A stretch of 63,536 nucleotides of DNA, the filler included, from Octopus bimaculoides (Eukaryota): assembly GCF_001194135.2 (NCBI RefSeq). It is 9 parts of 8 records of this genome, joined end to end, with 100 filler letters (N's around TTAATTAATTAA, not from the genome) between each part and the next. Parts side by side here need not be neighbours in the genome. Positions count along the whole stretch, not along the records: positions 1 to 7,950 come from NC_068982.1; positions 8,051 to 10,432 come from NC_068999.1; positions 10,533 to 20,461 come from NC_068988.1; 6 more parts are not named here. One strand, 5' to 3'. Position 1 is the first letter of the stretch, and each line of letters opens with the position of its first letter. Position numbers and translations under genes: made by a program. The notes beneath the pieces are model-generated. The model saw only the letters and a program-made list of their open reading frames with translations, was not told where the DNA came from and did not search any database. Positions 1 through 11,369 of the stretch are shown piece by piece.

Positions 1-292
1 GTAGTGGCATCTCCAGACCTCTTTCTTTGCATCCTCATTTAGTGCAAGCGTACCATCATCCATGCGAACACATTTCTCTCCTACAACATCACTATTCTCT
101 CTCCTACACTGTCTTGCAACACGAAATACCTCGAGTCTTTGGTCCTCACGGCGCAGAACATTGGCAAATCTTTTCTTATCTGCTTCCCCTCTGGCTAAAT
201 AAACCTGTCGCCTAGCCTCCCTTCTGGCACATTGGTACAATTCCCTGCTACCACCGTTCTTCCAGTCCTTCCAAGCCTGTTTCTTTTCCTCT
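1..292 (-). mobile_element. RTE-clade LINE ORF2 fragment (EN-RT linker)
   Basis: Open minus frame EEKKQAWKDWKNGGSRELYQCARREARRQVYLARGEADKKRF...DDGTLALNEDAKKEVWRCHY, typical of the RTE linker (K..W..HY); runs off the window edge. Confidence 0.75.
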
Positions 293-540
293 AACTAATT
301 AAAATGTTCGCTTCACTTCATGGGCAGAGAACTGTCTCTAGTATTCATACACACCCACCCCAGATTGGATGGAGAATGCCATAGCACAACTGTGCTATGA
401 CACAACAACTAAGATAGATTTCCTGACATGCTACAAGTTCAAGAAGAAGATTAATGACATTAAGTCTTACTTGTCTTGGAGAATCTGTGAAGGTAATGAG
501 CACTGTCCCTTCCTCCAGACCCACAAAAAAATAAAAGTAT

Positions 541-760
541 ATCATCATCATCATCATCATCATCATTTAGCATCCATTTTCCATGCTGGAATGGGTTAGA
601 TGGTTTAACAAAGATCCAGTATGTCAAAAGGACCACATCCTACTTTGATGTCAGCTTTGACATAGTTTCTATGGCTGGATTCATTTCCTAACACTAGCTA
701 CTTTACAGAGAGTACTGGGTGCATTTTACTATGGCACAAACACTGGTTATCTTGCACTTG
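541..760 (-). mobile_element. 3' end of RTE-tailed retroposon with (GAT)n tail
   Basis: Reverse complement resembles the 3' terminus at 38910-38970 (aacccatgccagcatggaaa...gatgatgat). Confidence 0.55.
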
Positions 761-1220
761 GCCCAAGACTAAAGAGATAACAAAAAGAAACCAAGGTGAT
801 TGGTGATTTATTATGCTCAAGAACATCTGTCCATCAGCAAAAATGAGGTCCTAAAACTATTTCTTTTATGTCTATGGTTCTGTACTCAATCTGTTCCTGC
901 AAAGCTATCCCAACAATTCATCTTTCTGACACTCATCCCTCCATCACACCTCTAACTATGGCATTATTTCCTCAGCTGCTGTAATGAGAGTAGAACTGCA
1001 CAAGTTTCATACTCCTTCTGTGCTACAAGTTATTTTTCTCCCTGGAACAACTTTCTTTGTCACCCATTGCACATCTTCAACCATAACTCTTATCACTTGT
1101 TTTCCACTGACCACCTTTTTTGCCCTGAAACCCTCTCATGTCTGCCATTGCCACCCCGCTCATCTTTGTCACTCACTACACCTCCTACTCACCCCTGACC
1201 TCCATCTTTGTCATTTTGTA

Positions 1221-1258
<38 letters not shown>

Positions 1259-1432
1259 ACTCCAAACACTTTACCACATCTCCCTGTTTCTTCTCTATCT
1301 ACAGTTTTATTAAATTGTTACTCTCCATCCCTCCCCTTTTATGTACTTCCACTCATCTCTTTCCTGACCCACTCCTGTTTTCCTTTGCTTTGTGTGTGTG
1401 CGCATGCATATGTGTGTGTGTGTGCGCGCATG

Positions 1433-1471
<39 letters not shown>

Positions 1472-1678
1472 ATGTTTGTGTCTCCTTCTCTTGACATCTT
1501 GTGATAGTTGTAAATGGGTTTTATTCATTTCCAGTATTGTGCAAAAGCATGTCTAGCCATAGGGAAATATTACCTTGCTTGGAAACAGGTGAATGTTGGT
1601 AATGGAAAGGGCATCCAGCTATAGAAAAGTAGATGCTAAAATTGTAATGATGATAATGGCTGACACTCACCAAGCGCA

Positions 1679-1714
<36 letters not shown>

Positions 1715-1735
1715 CTCTTGTGTGGGGTTGTTGTA

Positions 1736-1939
1736 GGATTTTCGAGCGAGATCGTTGCCGGTGCCCCTGGACTGGCTCTTGTGCGGGTGACACATGAGGT
1801 TTCTTGAGCGAGATGAGCGTGGCTGTTGCCAGTACCGCCTGACTGGCCTTCGTGCGGGTGACACGTAAAAGCACCCACTACACTCTCTGAGTGGTTGGCG
1901 TTAGGAAGGGCATCCAGCTGTAGAAACTCTGCCAAATCA
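1736..1939 (+). mobile_element. RTE LINE/SINE 3'UTR fragment
   Basis: Near-identical to 38760-38860 (aaaagcacccactacactctc.gagtggttggcgttaggaagggcatccagc); cut by a gap. Confidence 0.75.
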
Positions 1940-2146
1940 NNNNNNNNNNNNNNNNNNNNNNNNNNNNNNNNNNNNNNNNNNNNNNNNNNNNNNNNNNNNN
2001 NNNNNNNNNNNNNNNNNNNNNNNNNNNNNNNNNNNNNNNNNNNNNNNNNNNNNNNNNNNNNNNNNNNNNNNNNNNNNNNNNNNNNNNNNNNNNNNNNNNN
2101 NNNNNNNNNNNNNNNNNNNNNNNNNNNNNNNNNNNNNNNNNNNNNN

Positions 2147-2333
2147 TAATATTTCGGATTATAAAATTCCTTCTTCAGATATCACTAGGAATTGATCAAG
2201 TCACTGCTATAATCAGTTTTCTAATGGTTACTGAAATTTTTTTTTTCAGAATAGCCATTGGAAAACTGATTATAGTAGTGACTTGATCAATTCCTAGTGA
2301 TATCTGAAGGAATTTTTATATTCTGAAATATTA
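2147..2333. repeat. Near-perfect fold-back palindrome (~85-bp arms)
   Basis: cagatatcactaggaattgatcaagtcact...tataatcagtttt recurs inverted around a T-run centre. Confidence 0.9.
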
Positions 2334-2453
2334 TATCATATCAGACCATGAATAATTTAATTATAACAGTTATTATAGTCCACTCTGCATTGTTGTGCCA
2401 TTCAAAAGTGTTATATTTCACATACACCTCCCCCCCCCACACACATACACATA

Positions 2454-3699
2454 GATGGTGTGCAGGATATTTGAGAACATGACATTTTTTAGTTATAACT
2501 CTATGTCATTTACGTTTCAGAAGATAATAATGGTAGACACTCAACTTACTCAAGAGATGAGGAGGCTTGCTGTAATTGAGGCCTTAAAGGCTGAGCACAG
2601 TGATTCAGAGACAGATCAGTTTTTAAAAGTCACCTGATCTTTTGTCTACAAAGTTTGCAAGAAGTTAAAAGCCTCAAATTGAAAGGTATCACCAGTATTG
2701 AAATGCAAAATACATTCCCAATGTCCCAATACCCTCAGAACACCGACATTTATTTGACAAATTTAACAGATCATTGACGGAAATCCCCAAAAATCCATGA
2801 GGTCAATTGCAAAAGATCTCCATGAGTCAGGAAGGACAATCTGAAATGTTGTCCACAAAAACATCCAGCACAAGTCTAACATGATGAAGAAAGGTCAATA
2901 CATGTAAAAGAACAAACAAAAAAAACTCCAAAACAAAAGGAAAATTGCTCAGGTCTGAAAGGTTTTTAAACAAAGTTAAAAATGCAGAAGAACATGACTA
3001 GATTTGATTTTTCTCAGATGAGAAAGCTTTGACCAGGACCAGAAGATTAACAGAAGAAATGACAAATGGTTATGTTCAGGCCCTTCTGAAGTTCCAACAG
3101 TCATACACACATAATTTCCTGCAACTGTCATGACTTTTGGAGTTGTCAGTAATGAAGGACATGTGACACCTTCTCATTTCTTTCTATAAGGCCTTAGAGT
3201 AAATTCTACTGTCTACATCGAGGTTCAGGAAACAGTTCTCAAGCCCTGGATAGATAGAGTATGCAATGAAAGGCTGCACATGTTTCAGTAGGACTTTGTG
3301 CCATCACATAAGGCTCAAGCAACCCAAGAATGGATGGTTGATAATTTTCATGACCACATAAGCCCTAACATTTGGCCTCCAAACTCACCAGATTTCAATC
3401 CATTGGACTACTGTGTGTGAAGTGTCATTGAGAGAGAGGTCAGTCAACATTCCCATAATATTAAGGATTCTTTGAAAGCCACCAAAGTGAAAGTAATGTC
3501 TGATAGGAACCAGGACCATTTCATTCAGGCATGTAGATGATTCAGATCTTGCGTAAAAGCAGTTATTGATACTGTAGGTGGTTACATTGAATAAGATCAT
3601 AAAGAAGACGTTTTCATTGATAAAGTTGTTTTCCGTTATCATATATATGATTTTCTAAAAAAAAAAAAGAATTTGTCCTCAAGTAACTTGCGCACCCTG
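2454..3699 (+). mobile_element. Full-length decayed maT-family (DD37D) Tc1/mariner transposon
   Basis: Imperfect TIRs (gatggtgtgcaggatatttgagaaca / rc cagggtgcgcaagttacttgaggaca), TA at both ends; FQ*D...WPPNSPDFNPLDY with exactly 37 residues between the two Asp; several stops. Confidence 0.9.
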
Positions 3700-4164
3700 T
3701 ATCTGTATGTCTGTCTGTCTGTCTGTCTATCTAGCTATCTGTCTGTCTATCTATCTTGTAGCAGTGTGCTGTGTGTGTAAGTGGGTGGGGTGTTCACAAG
3801 TCATGCATAGTGGAACTTCTCTAGATATAAAGGTCAGCCATGAATAAACCAGTTTTATGGCTAATTAGCAGTTGTGGACAAGAGCAGCAGTATGGCTAGT
3901 GCTGCTTGTTCCATAACAATGAAAAAGGTTGTGCATGCCCAATAATGTGCTATGTCAAGGCTGATAAGGTCACCTTCAAGTAAACCTTGCTTTCAAATAC
4001 ATGTTAAATCGAAGCAGGCTTCTCTTCCTCCTACTGTCATGTACACTGGTGGGCTGAAGTGTTCATAAGCTGACTATAAAGGAGTGATGTTTGAGCTGTG
4101 AAATCTTGCATGCATTAAATCTATCTTTTATTATTAATAACTGCATTGCTTCTTTCCAGGTAAA

Positions 4165-4561
4165 CTGACTGTTCAAAGAAGACTTCAAAAGTAACTAGTA
4201 GCAGATTCTCTTGAAAAGGGACAAAATTTGGCATTGTGATGTTATCAAGTATCTGCAGAAAACTAGTTGATCACCCCACCCCAATTATTCTCCTGATTTG
4301 GCCCCATCCAACTATCGTCTGTTCCCCAATATGAAAAAACTCTTGGTTGGGAATCAACCAGTATCACAACGATGATATCTGCTATAAATGACTTTTTTGA
4401 TCAACAAGAAGAAAACTTCTTCATCAATGATATACAAGCACCACAACACCAATGGAAGAAGTGTGTGGATTACAAGGGGTCTATATCGAAGAATAAACCT
4501 AATTTAGTCATGTTCCATGAGAGTATCTTGGTTAGCCTATGAACTTTTCAGTTTACCCTTG
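4165..4561 (+). mobile_element. Mariner transposase C-terminal remnant with right TIR
   Basis: HPxYSPDLAPSNYRLFPNMKK...FFDQQ...WKKCVD; ends gaacttttcagtttacccttg+TA. Confidence 0.8.
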
Positions 4562-5095
4562 TATTTGATATTCTGTTGGCTTATGGGCTTGAAGGCGGAG
4601 ATGATGTATATCTCTGCTCTTGAGTACATGGGGCATCTTAACCAGTAGTGATGCTAATGTTCAGGGTAGGGAAAAGCTTAGTGGTGAGAGATAAATAGCG
4701 AAGGTGGCAAGAAGGAGAAATTGGTAGGTGTTGCTGAGAAATCTGTCTGTTGACGATTTGTGTGTGGTGGTCACAAATACACTGAAGAGTGACTCACATG
4801 ACTAAGCAATGCTGTTTAGGAATTATGATGTATGCCCTAATCCTGAAATGTCCCTAGAAAAGGAAGGATAAAAACTTTCTAGGTTTAACCTTACTTGACC
4901 TCAAAATGAAAAGCAGAGTTGACATTGATGGGGTTTGAACTGTGGGCTCAGTGAGTTGAAATATACCATACAACATTTTGCGTACTTCTCTAGCAACTGT
5001 GCCAACTGACTTCCTGTGTATGTATGTATGTGTGTATGTATGTATGTATGTATAAATATATATGGATGTATGTATGTATGCATGTTTGTATTTAT

Positions 5096-5158
<63 letters not shown>

Positions 5159-5190
5159 TGTACATATATGTATATATAGATAGCTACGTA

Positions 5191-5406
5191 CAAGGGGGTG
5201 CTGAAAAGTTCTTGGCTTTGGATAAAAGAAAATAAAGGAGGATCAGTTAATTATGATTTTATTCAACATATTCCCTTCTCAAATTCACACACTTATTGCA
5301 GCAGTCCTTCAGATTTTTAAGCCCTGTAAAAGAACTCAGAAGGTTGGGTCTCCAACCAGGCCTTTCACAACACCCTTGAAGCCAGGAACTTTTCAGCACC
5401 CCCTTG
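5191..5406. mobile_element. Mariner-derived MITE (216 bp)
   Basis: 28-bp TIR caagggggtgctgaaaagttc(t/c)tggctt with 1 mismatch; TA target duplication on both sides. Confidence 0.92.
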
Positions 5407-6241
5407 TATATGTATGTCTTGCATAAGACATTTAACTATATCCAGTGGTGTAACTCCACTTTGATAGTTCTGGAGCTGCAGAGAAAGTGGAGTCGGTTCT
5501 TACCCCCAAGTCTGTTCCAACCCAGAATGGTAGTAGCTGTCAGAATCCTTTTTATGGGTTAAATAGATTTCTCAGGGGTAGAGGAGGCTTCCATTATTTT
5601 TGACAAAGCCACAGGGAAGGCAGCTCTTCTAGGAGAAAGATATCTGACATAAAATTTGCAGTCAAAATGGTACCAGTCATCTTGCAATGTTTGTCAGTGG
5701 AATCTACAATGACAACTGAGAGAGTGGCAAAGCTTTTGTTACTTAAAACCAATGATATATATAGCTGTCTCATTTTATTTCTTGGCTGAATGTTAGACGG
5801 CTTATCATCTGACAAGATGAAGTAATCATTTATATATGCATGTATGTATGTGTATATATATATATATATAGATGTAGTATATATGTGCGTGTGTAATTTG
5901 GTAATTCTTTTTTGTTTGTAAATTTTTCCTATCAGTTTGTTTTGTTCTATTTCTTGGGTTTCATTTGGGAGTGGTCATTCTACTATTTATTTCTCGTTTA
6001 GTAAACCCCTGCCTAAATCTCTAACACTCACATATCCATTCATATACACAAACATATGCACTCACACCCACACAAACGAACACACATACTCTCTCTCTCT
6101 CTCTCTCTCACACACACAAACAAACATGTATACAGACATATGTACATACATTCTTACATACACATTCTTGCACATGTGTATTTGTGTGTGCATGTATATG
6201 TATGTATGTATGTATGTAGGTATAAGTATATATATTTCAGC

Positions 6242-6285
<44 letters not shown>

Positions 6286-6735
6286 TACAATCAAAGGTGC
6301 AGAAATTATGTACTCTGAAGAAATTTAAAGATAATGTAATCCAGGGGTAGAGCGAGAAATCCATGATTCAAGTACTCCAAATCAGTCGGAAGGATGTGGA
6401 CGGTCCGTGTGAATATGCAGTAAATAGTCCATGTATATATACACACACACACACATACATACATATTTGACGAAATGAATAGAAATAGCGTTTCTGATAA
6501 TTTTTCAACCTTAATTTTTAGATGTTTATAAATTATTAGGTGTGAATTTCTCACTTAAAAATAGTTCTCAAACTGATGTTTTAGAGTTTGTCATCAACAC
6601 ATACTCAAACACACACATACACAGATAACAAAGACATACACATGTTCACATGCACATATAGTTGTACATACACACACTACATACACGTGTGTATGTATGC
6701 ATGTGTAAATGCATGTATATATATATATATATATA

Positions 6736-6780
<45 letters not shown>

Positions 6781-6964
6781 ATTATATATATATATACTGG
6801 GTGTTTGGGCTAAATTTGACAGTTTGCATAAAAGGAAAAGAAAACACAATATCCCATTCAAAAATAAAAGTATTTTAAAAACACAAAAATATCAACTAGA
6901 TTATGGCTGGGTGTTAACAGTTTACTCATTATAGCCTCAGCTTCTACCATGACCTCAAAATAGA

Positions 6965-7400
6965 TTTTGGAACTTGGTGCATGTATTCCTCACTGTGTCC
7001 TTGAGAAGATATCTGAACACCTCCTTGATTTTGGCCACCAGCTCAGCCTTGATATTGCAGGCAGAGTGGTTGGTGTCCTTCTCAACTGCACCCTACTCAT
7101 AGTAACTCATGAGATTACAATTGGAGATATTAGGAGGCCAGAAATTGGAGCTGGTGTTGTTATAAAAATCCTCTGATAACCACTTCTGACTCTTTCCTGA
7201 GGTATGGCAAGGATCTTAATCCTGCTGTCATACATATGGCTTTCCAACAGCAACCTCCTCAGCCAAGGATTGACCACATTTCTCAGCAATTTCACATAAT
7301 TGAGCCTAAGGCCACATTCAAAGATGTGGGGATGAATCCAGGCATGCAGATGCAGTTAAAATGCCTGTTGAGTTTCCATTGCAACTACCCATGTCATGTC
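6965..7400 (-). mobile_element. Second maT/DD37D-type transposase remnant
   Basis: Decayed minus translation YV*QQD..PCHTSGKSQKWLSE...NFWPPN...VEKDTNHSACNIKAELVAKIKEVFRY. Confidence 0.75.
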
Positions 7401-7626
7401 TTACAACTATTTACAGTGCTCACACAGCATTGAGCAGCATTGATGTTGGCATTTTGATACCTAGCATGAATTATCATGATACAAATAACTCTTTTCCAAT
7501 ACTTAGATGTCTTCCATTTCTCCATGTCTGTTAACTTTTTCTCAACTGTAACTCTAATCATGTGTATATGAATATAAACAAACTAACATTTGTTTTTTTT
7601 ATAAGCGCCAAAATGTGTATATTAAG

Positions 7627-7828
7627 ATACAAATGAGATGATAATTTATTTTCGAATGCAGAGACACTGTTAGAACAACAGAACATTGGGTAAATTACCC
7701 TTACAAAGCAGAAAAATTTGTCAACAAACAGCCCAAATTTTTCTGCTTTGTAAGGGTAATTTACCAAATGTTTCTGCTCTTCTAACGACGTCTCCATGTT
7801 CGAAAATAAATTATCAGCTTATTTGTAT
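7627..7828. repeat. Fold-back inverted repeat (~94-bp arms, 13-nt loop)
   Basis: gtaaattacccttacaaagcagaaaaatttg / caaatttttctgctttgtaagggtaatttac are perfect; outer arms are more diverged. Confidence 0.9.
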
Positions 7829-7950
7829 ATAACTTTAATGTTCTCCAATGCTGTTGACTGTTCACCAATACATCTAGTTGTTCTCAAGAAGGAGACAAAA
7901 ATACCGTCAGATTTAGTCTCAACAGCCTGTGTGTATATATATATATATAT

Positions 7951-8050
7951 NNNNNNNNNNNNNNNNNNNNNNNNNNNNNNNNNNNNNNNNNNNNTTAATT
8001 AATTAANNNNNNNNNNNNNNNNNNNNNNNNNNNNNNNNNNNNNNNNNNNN
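7951..8050. other. Assembly gap: 44 N + TTAATTAATTAA + 44 N (same linker at 10477, 20506, 25375, 28764, 30168, 34616, 42219)
   Basis: Identical 100-bp construct eight times; the 12-mer gives stops in all six frames. Confidence 0.97.
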
Positions 8051-8092
<42 letters not shown>

Positions 8093-8309
8093 TATATATA
8101 TATATATATATATATGCATATGAAGAATGCGTTTCGAGTAGAAATAGTCGTAGAAACCCCAGGTAGATTGGTTAGGTTAACTTGGTTTCTATTCATTTTC
8201 TCGGTTGTAGGCAAATGGACCATCCTTCGAGGCCACTGTAATAATGATTTATATTATGAATGCAATATATAAAATATATTATATATAAAATACACACACG
8301 CACACACAC

Positions 8310-8341
<32 letters not shown>

Positions 8342-8620
8342 GTATATATATACACACACACACTCACACATTTATATATACATACATATGTATACACATA
8401 TATCTATAGATATGTACAGATATATATATATATATAAATGCATATATACGTAAATAAGCTAAATACATTCATATTTACATCTTGCATCACACATACCTAC
8501 CGCTCTCATTTCTCTTTTTTCTCTCTCCCTCCCTCCTTCTTTCTCTCTCTTTCTCCATTATATTTCCCATCCCCGTTGCCACGCCCACTTTTGGCTTCTG
8601 GCACCACTCAAACTTTACAG

Positions 8621-8948
8621 AAATCTATACAGTACAGACAATTTGGACAAAACGAAATCCGACTTGGCAAAAGGTGACCCAAGAGGTAAAGGTTTCAAAC
8701 AGCAGAAGATCAGTCATTCTCAAGCGAACACAAACATGACATTGGCTGATGAACTGGATACAGTATCTGGTAGTAACGGCTGCGGTAGCAACAGTGTCCA
8801 GGAAAGTCCGTTCGTCGACAGTAGTGTCTATGACGTTCAGCCCAAAGACGGTTACAAAAGATTCAAAGGCGGTTCAAGCATGGAGAGTTTGTACAGCGAC
8901 AATGGTGGATCCAGTTTAGACAGGGACACGCCCATACATTCTACAAAC
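8621..8948 (+). CDS. Probable internal coding exon of an unidentified gene (NLYSTDNLDKTKSDLAK...GGSSMESLYSDNGGSSLDRDTPIHSTN)
   Basis: Acceptor ctttacag| at 8620 after a pyrimidine-rich stretch, donor AAC|gtaagc at 8949; only one frame is open across 328 nt; GC and CpG higher than the flanks; non-repetitive. Confidence 0.65.
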
Positions 8949-9134
8949 GTAAGCTGGTCTTCACTTGTCATTTTTTTTTTACATATTTCACCATATTTTT
9001 TGTTTATTTTATAAATTTATTCATTCATCTTATTTCTTTCATTTCATCTATCGTTTCATTTTTCCATCGTTTTATTGTTGAGTTAGTTGTTTATTTGTGC
9101 GTTTATTTGTTTAGGGACTGATTGAATTTTCTCT

Positions 9135-9211
<77 letters not shown>

Positions 9212-10121
9212 TTTGTAAATCTCCTTCCTCTAATTCCGATCTGTTTTCTACTCCTTAGTCTTTATATATATATATATATAATCTCATTGTACATGTGTAT
9301 ATATATAAATGTTTCTATATGTTTGTCTGTCTGGTTACAGGCGTATGGAGGTCATCATACGTTTGTGTGAATGCAAATGTGTGTGTGTGTGTGTGTCTTT
9401 TATATATCTATGTGTGTGTCTTTTATACATACATAAAAGATACAGGGGCTACATATATTAATTTTATCATTTAAAAGAGTTTGATTCGCCCCCATGTGGC
9501 TTACTTTCGTAGGCTTCTTACAAAAACATACATACATATAAAAATACCCTGTTGTTGATGTTGAAATTCCAATGAAGGAGCCTGGGATTTAGGTTAGAAA
9601 CCGGTTCTTTCTCTATTGGCAAGAAATCTTGGAATAAACTGAATAATGACATACATACATACATACATACATACATGCTGAACAGTAAAGAAATAAATGC
9701 GTACATTCTAAGTATACTCAAAAGTGGGAGCAACATCGTCGTCAGAGTTGGAGAAGAACTATTGTTCGGTTACGCTGAAAATACAAAGGATGTTGGAGAG
9801 GCCAGCCTGAACAGTAACTTGGAGGAGAAGCAGGCATCATACAAACAAAAAGCAATACCGTAAGGTAGAGGGCAATAACAGCACTGACAGGGAGAATAGC
9901 CTCTCCTGAACCTGCGATAGATACATTACATCTCACCAAAGATATGCCTTTGCTATCCACGAACAAGAGTTAGCTACTAAATACCTGATACATTTGAATG
10001 TATCAACTTAAAGGATAAACATATTACAATGGATAATACCAAGTGGACTTCCCCTGTTTCTCTCTCTTTTTCATTTTCTTTGTAATTTCTTCTTTGTGAT
10101 ATAATTTTCGGAAACAATATA

Positions 10122-10226
10122 TTTGCGGCTGAAGATAGCTTTATACCGTCCTGTCTATCAATTATATACTCATATAATGATGCAACGACTGTTTGTGTAT
10201 AAAGCTTGAAACACGTGTACAGCGGA
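10122..10226 (+). ncRNA. Degenerate type I hammerhead motif with extended helix II
   Basis: GCGG-CUGAAGA-U-AGCUUUAUAC...(50 nt)...GUAUAAAGCU-U-GAAAC-ACGU-GUA^CAGC: perfect 10-bp helix II, palindromic ACACGUGU; helix I has one mismatch. Confidence 0.5.
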
Positions 10227-10329
10227 ATCCTTTATGTTCTGTTTTAATTTTACGTTTTTAATTTATATATATATATATATGTATATATATACACATACAT
10301 ATATCTATATATGTATGCATATATCTATC

Positions 10330-10362
<33 letters not shown>

Positions 10363-10532
10363 GGATAATGTGAGAGTGGATTTTCATCGATAAGTTCATC
10401 ATGAACCTTGGTTCTTTTCCCTAAAACTATATNNNNNNNNNNNNNNNNNNNNNNNNNNNNNNNNNNNNNNNNNNNNTTAATTAATTAANNNNNNNNNNNN
10501 NNNNNNNNNNNNNNNNNNNNNNNNNNNNNNNN

Positions 10533-10850
10533 ACAGTATCGAAGTGTGATTGTTTCAGTTAGTGGAATAGTTTCATTTTTAAAGTGAAAGTATTTGACAT
10601 GAGTGTTTTTGTTTCACTTTTGACACGTAATACTTAAATAGTGGAAGAGATATTATGTTGCCGTGTGCTCGAACTCTGCAAGAAGTTTAAAAATTTTTTT
10701 TAACTAAAACACAACTGGAACCCTAAGTAAGGCATGTGTAAAATTTGAATGAAATTGGTTGCGTAGTTCTCGAGTTTTAGGGATTCACATACACAGACAG
10801 ACAGACAGACAGACAGACACACACACATTCTCATTTTTATATATATAGAT
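10533..10850 (+). mobile_element. Non-autonomous Helitron-like element, 3' part
   Basis: aaatttgaatgaaattggttgcgtagtt...(GACA)n...cattctcatttttatatatatagat resembles Lep1/Helitron-type 3' ends (from recall). Confidence 0.5.
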
Positions 10851-10854
10851 AAGT

Positions 10855-11367
10855 AACAGAAAACTACTGAGAACAAGGAAGTATAACGGGACGTCTGGGT
10901 AACGTGATGTACACGGTAAAAGGACTAAAATATGAACACAGAAGGCATTTAAATCAATTAAAAAAAAAAGATATACCAAAAACCAAGAGAGGCAAGAGGA
11001 ACAAATGGATATGTGGTATGATTTGTTCGAGGTCCCAGAACCACAAGCGAAAGCGGAACCGATACGTAAGTCGAGTAGAAAGAGAAAACCTACAGAAATG
11101 ATGGAAATAAATGCTAAGAGAAAAAGATATGCCAGTTTCTCACCGAGGAAATAAAATTGATAAATTCAGTTTTTTATTTTTTTGAAGAGAAAAAAAAACT
11201 CAAAAGGGGGAGGTGTTGTGCCGACGCCCCCAAGCGAAGAAGTAGGATCACCCAAGACATATAAATAGAGGTAGTCTAGCTGTGGTAGAGGAGTTGAGTA
11301 GCTCTTGGGTAGCAGTCGAGTAGAGATCATCCGAAGGTGCTAGATAGCAGTAGCTTGAGACATAACA
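10855..11367 (+). mobile_element. 3' end of a Gypsy (Mag-like) element: integrase C-terminus, PPT and 154-bp LTR
   Basis: GSITGRLGNVMYTVKGLKYEHRRHLNQLKK...RKRK is homologous to the ORF at 17596-18081; PPT caaaagggggagg; LTR TGTTG(11214)...TAACA(11367) containing TATAAATA. Confidence 0.8.
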
Positions 11368-11369
11368 GT

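Noticed and set aside
7995-8006. TTAATTAATTAA as a biological site
   Set aside because: It is always centred in a 100-bp N block, so it is an assembly linker.
8860-8930. SASH1/SAMSN1-like identity for GGSSMESLYS
   Set aside because: The resemblance is short and low-complexity, and no SH3 or SAM exon was found.
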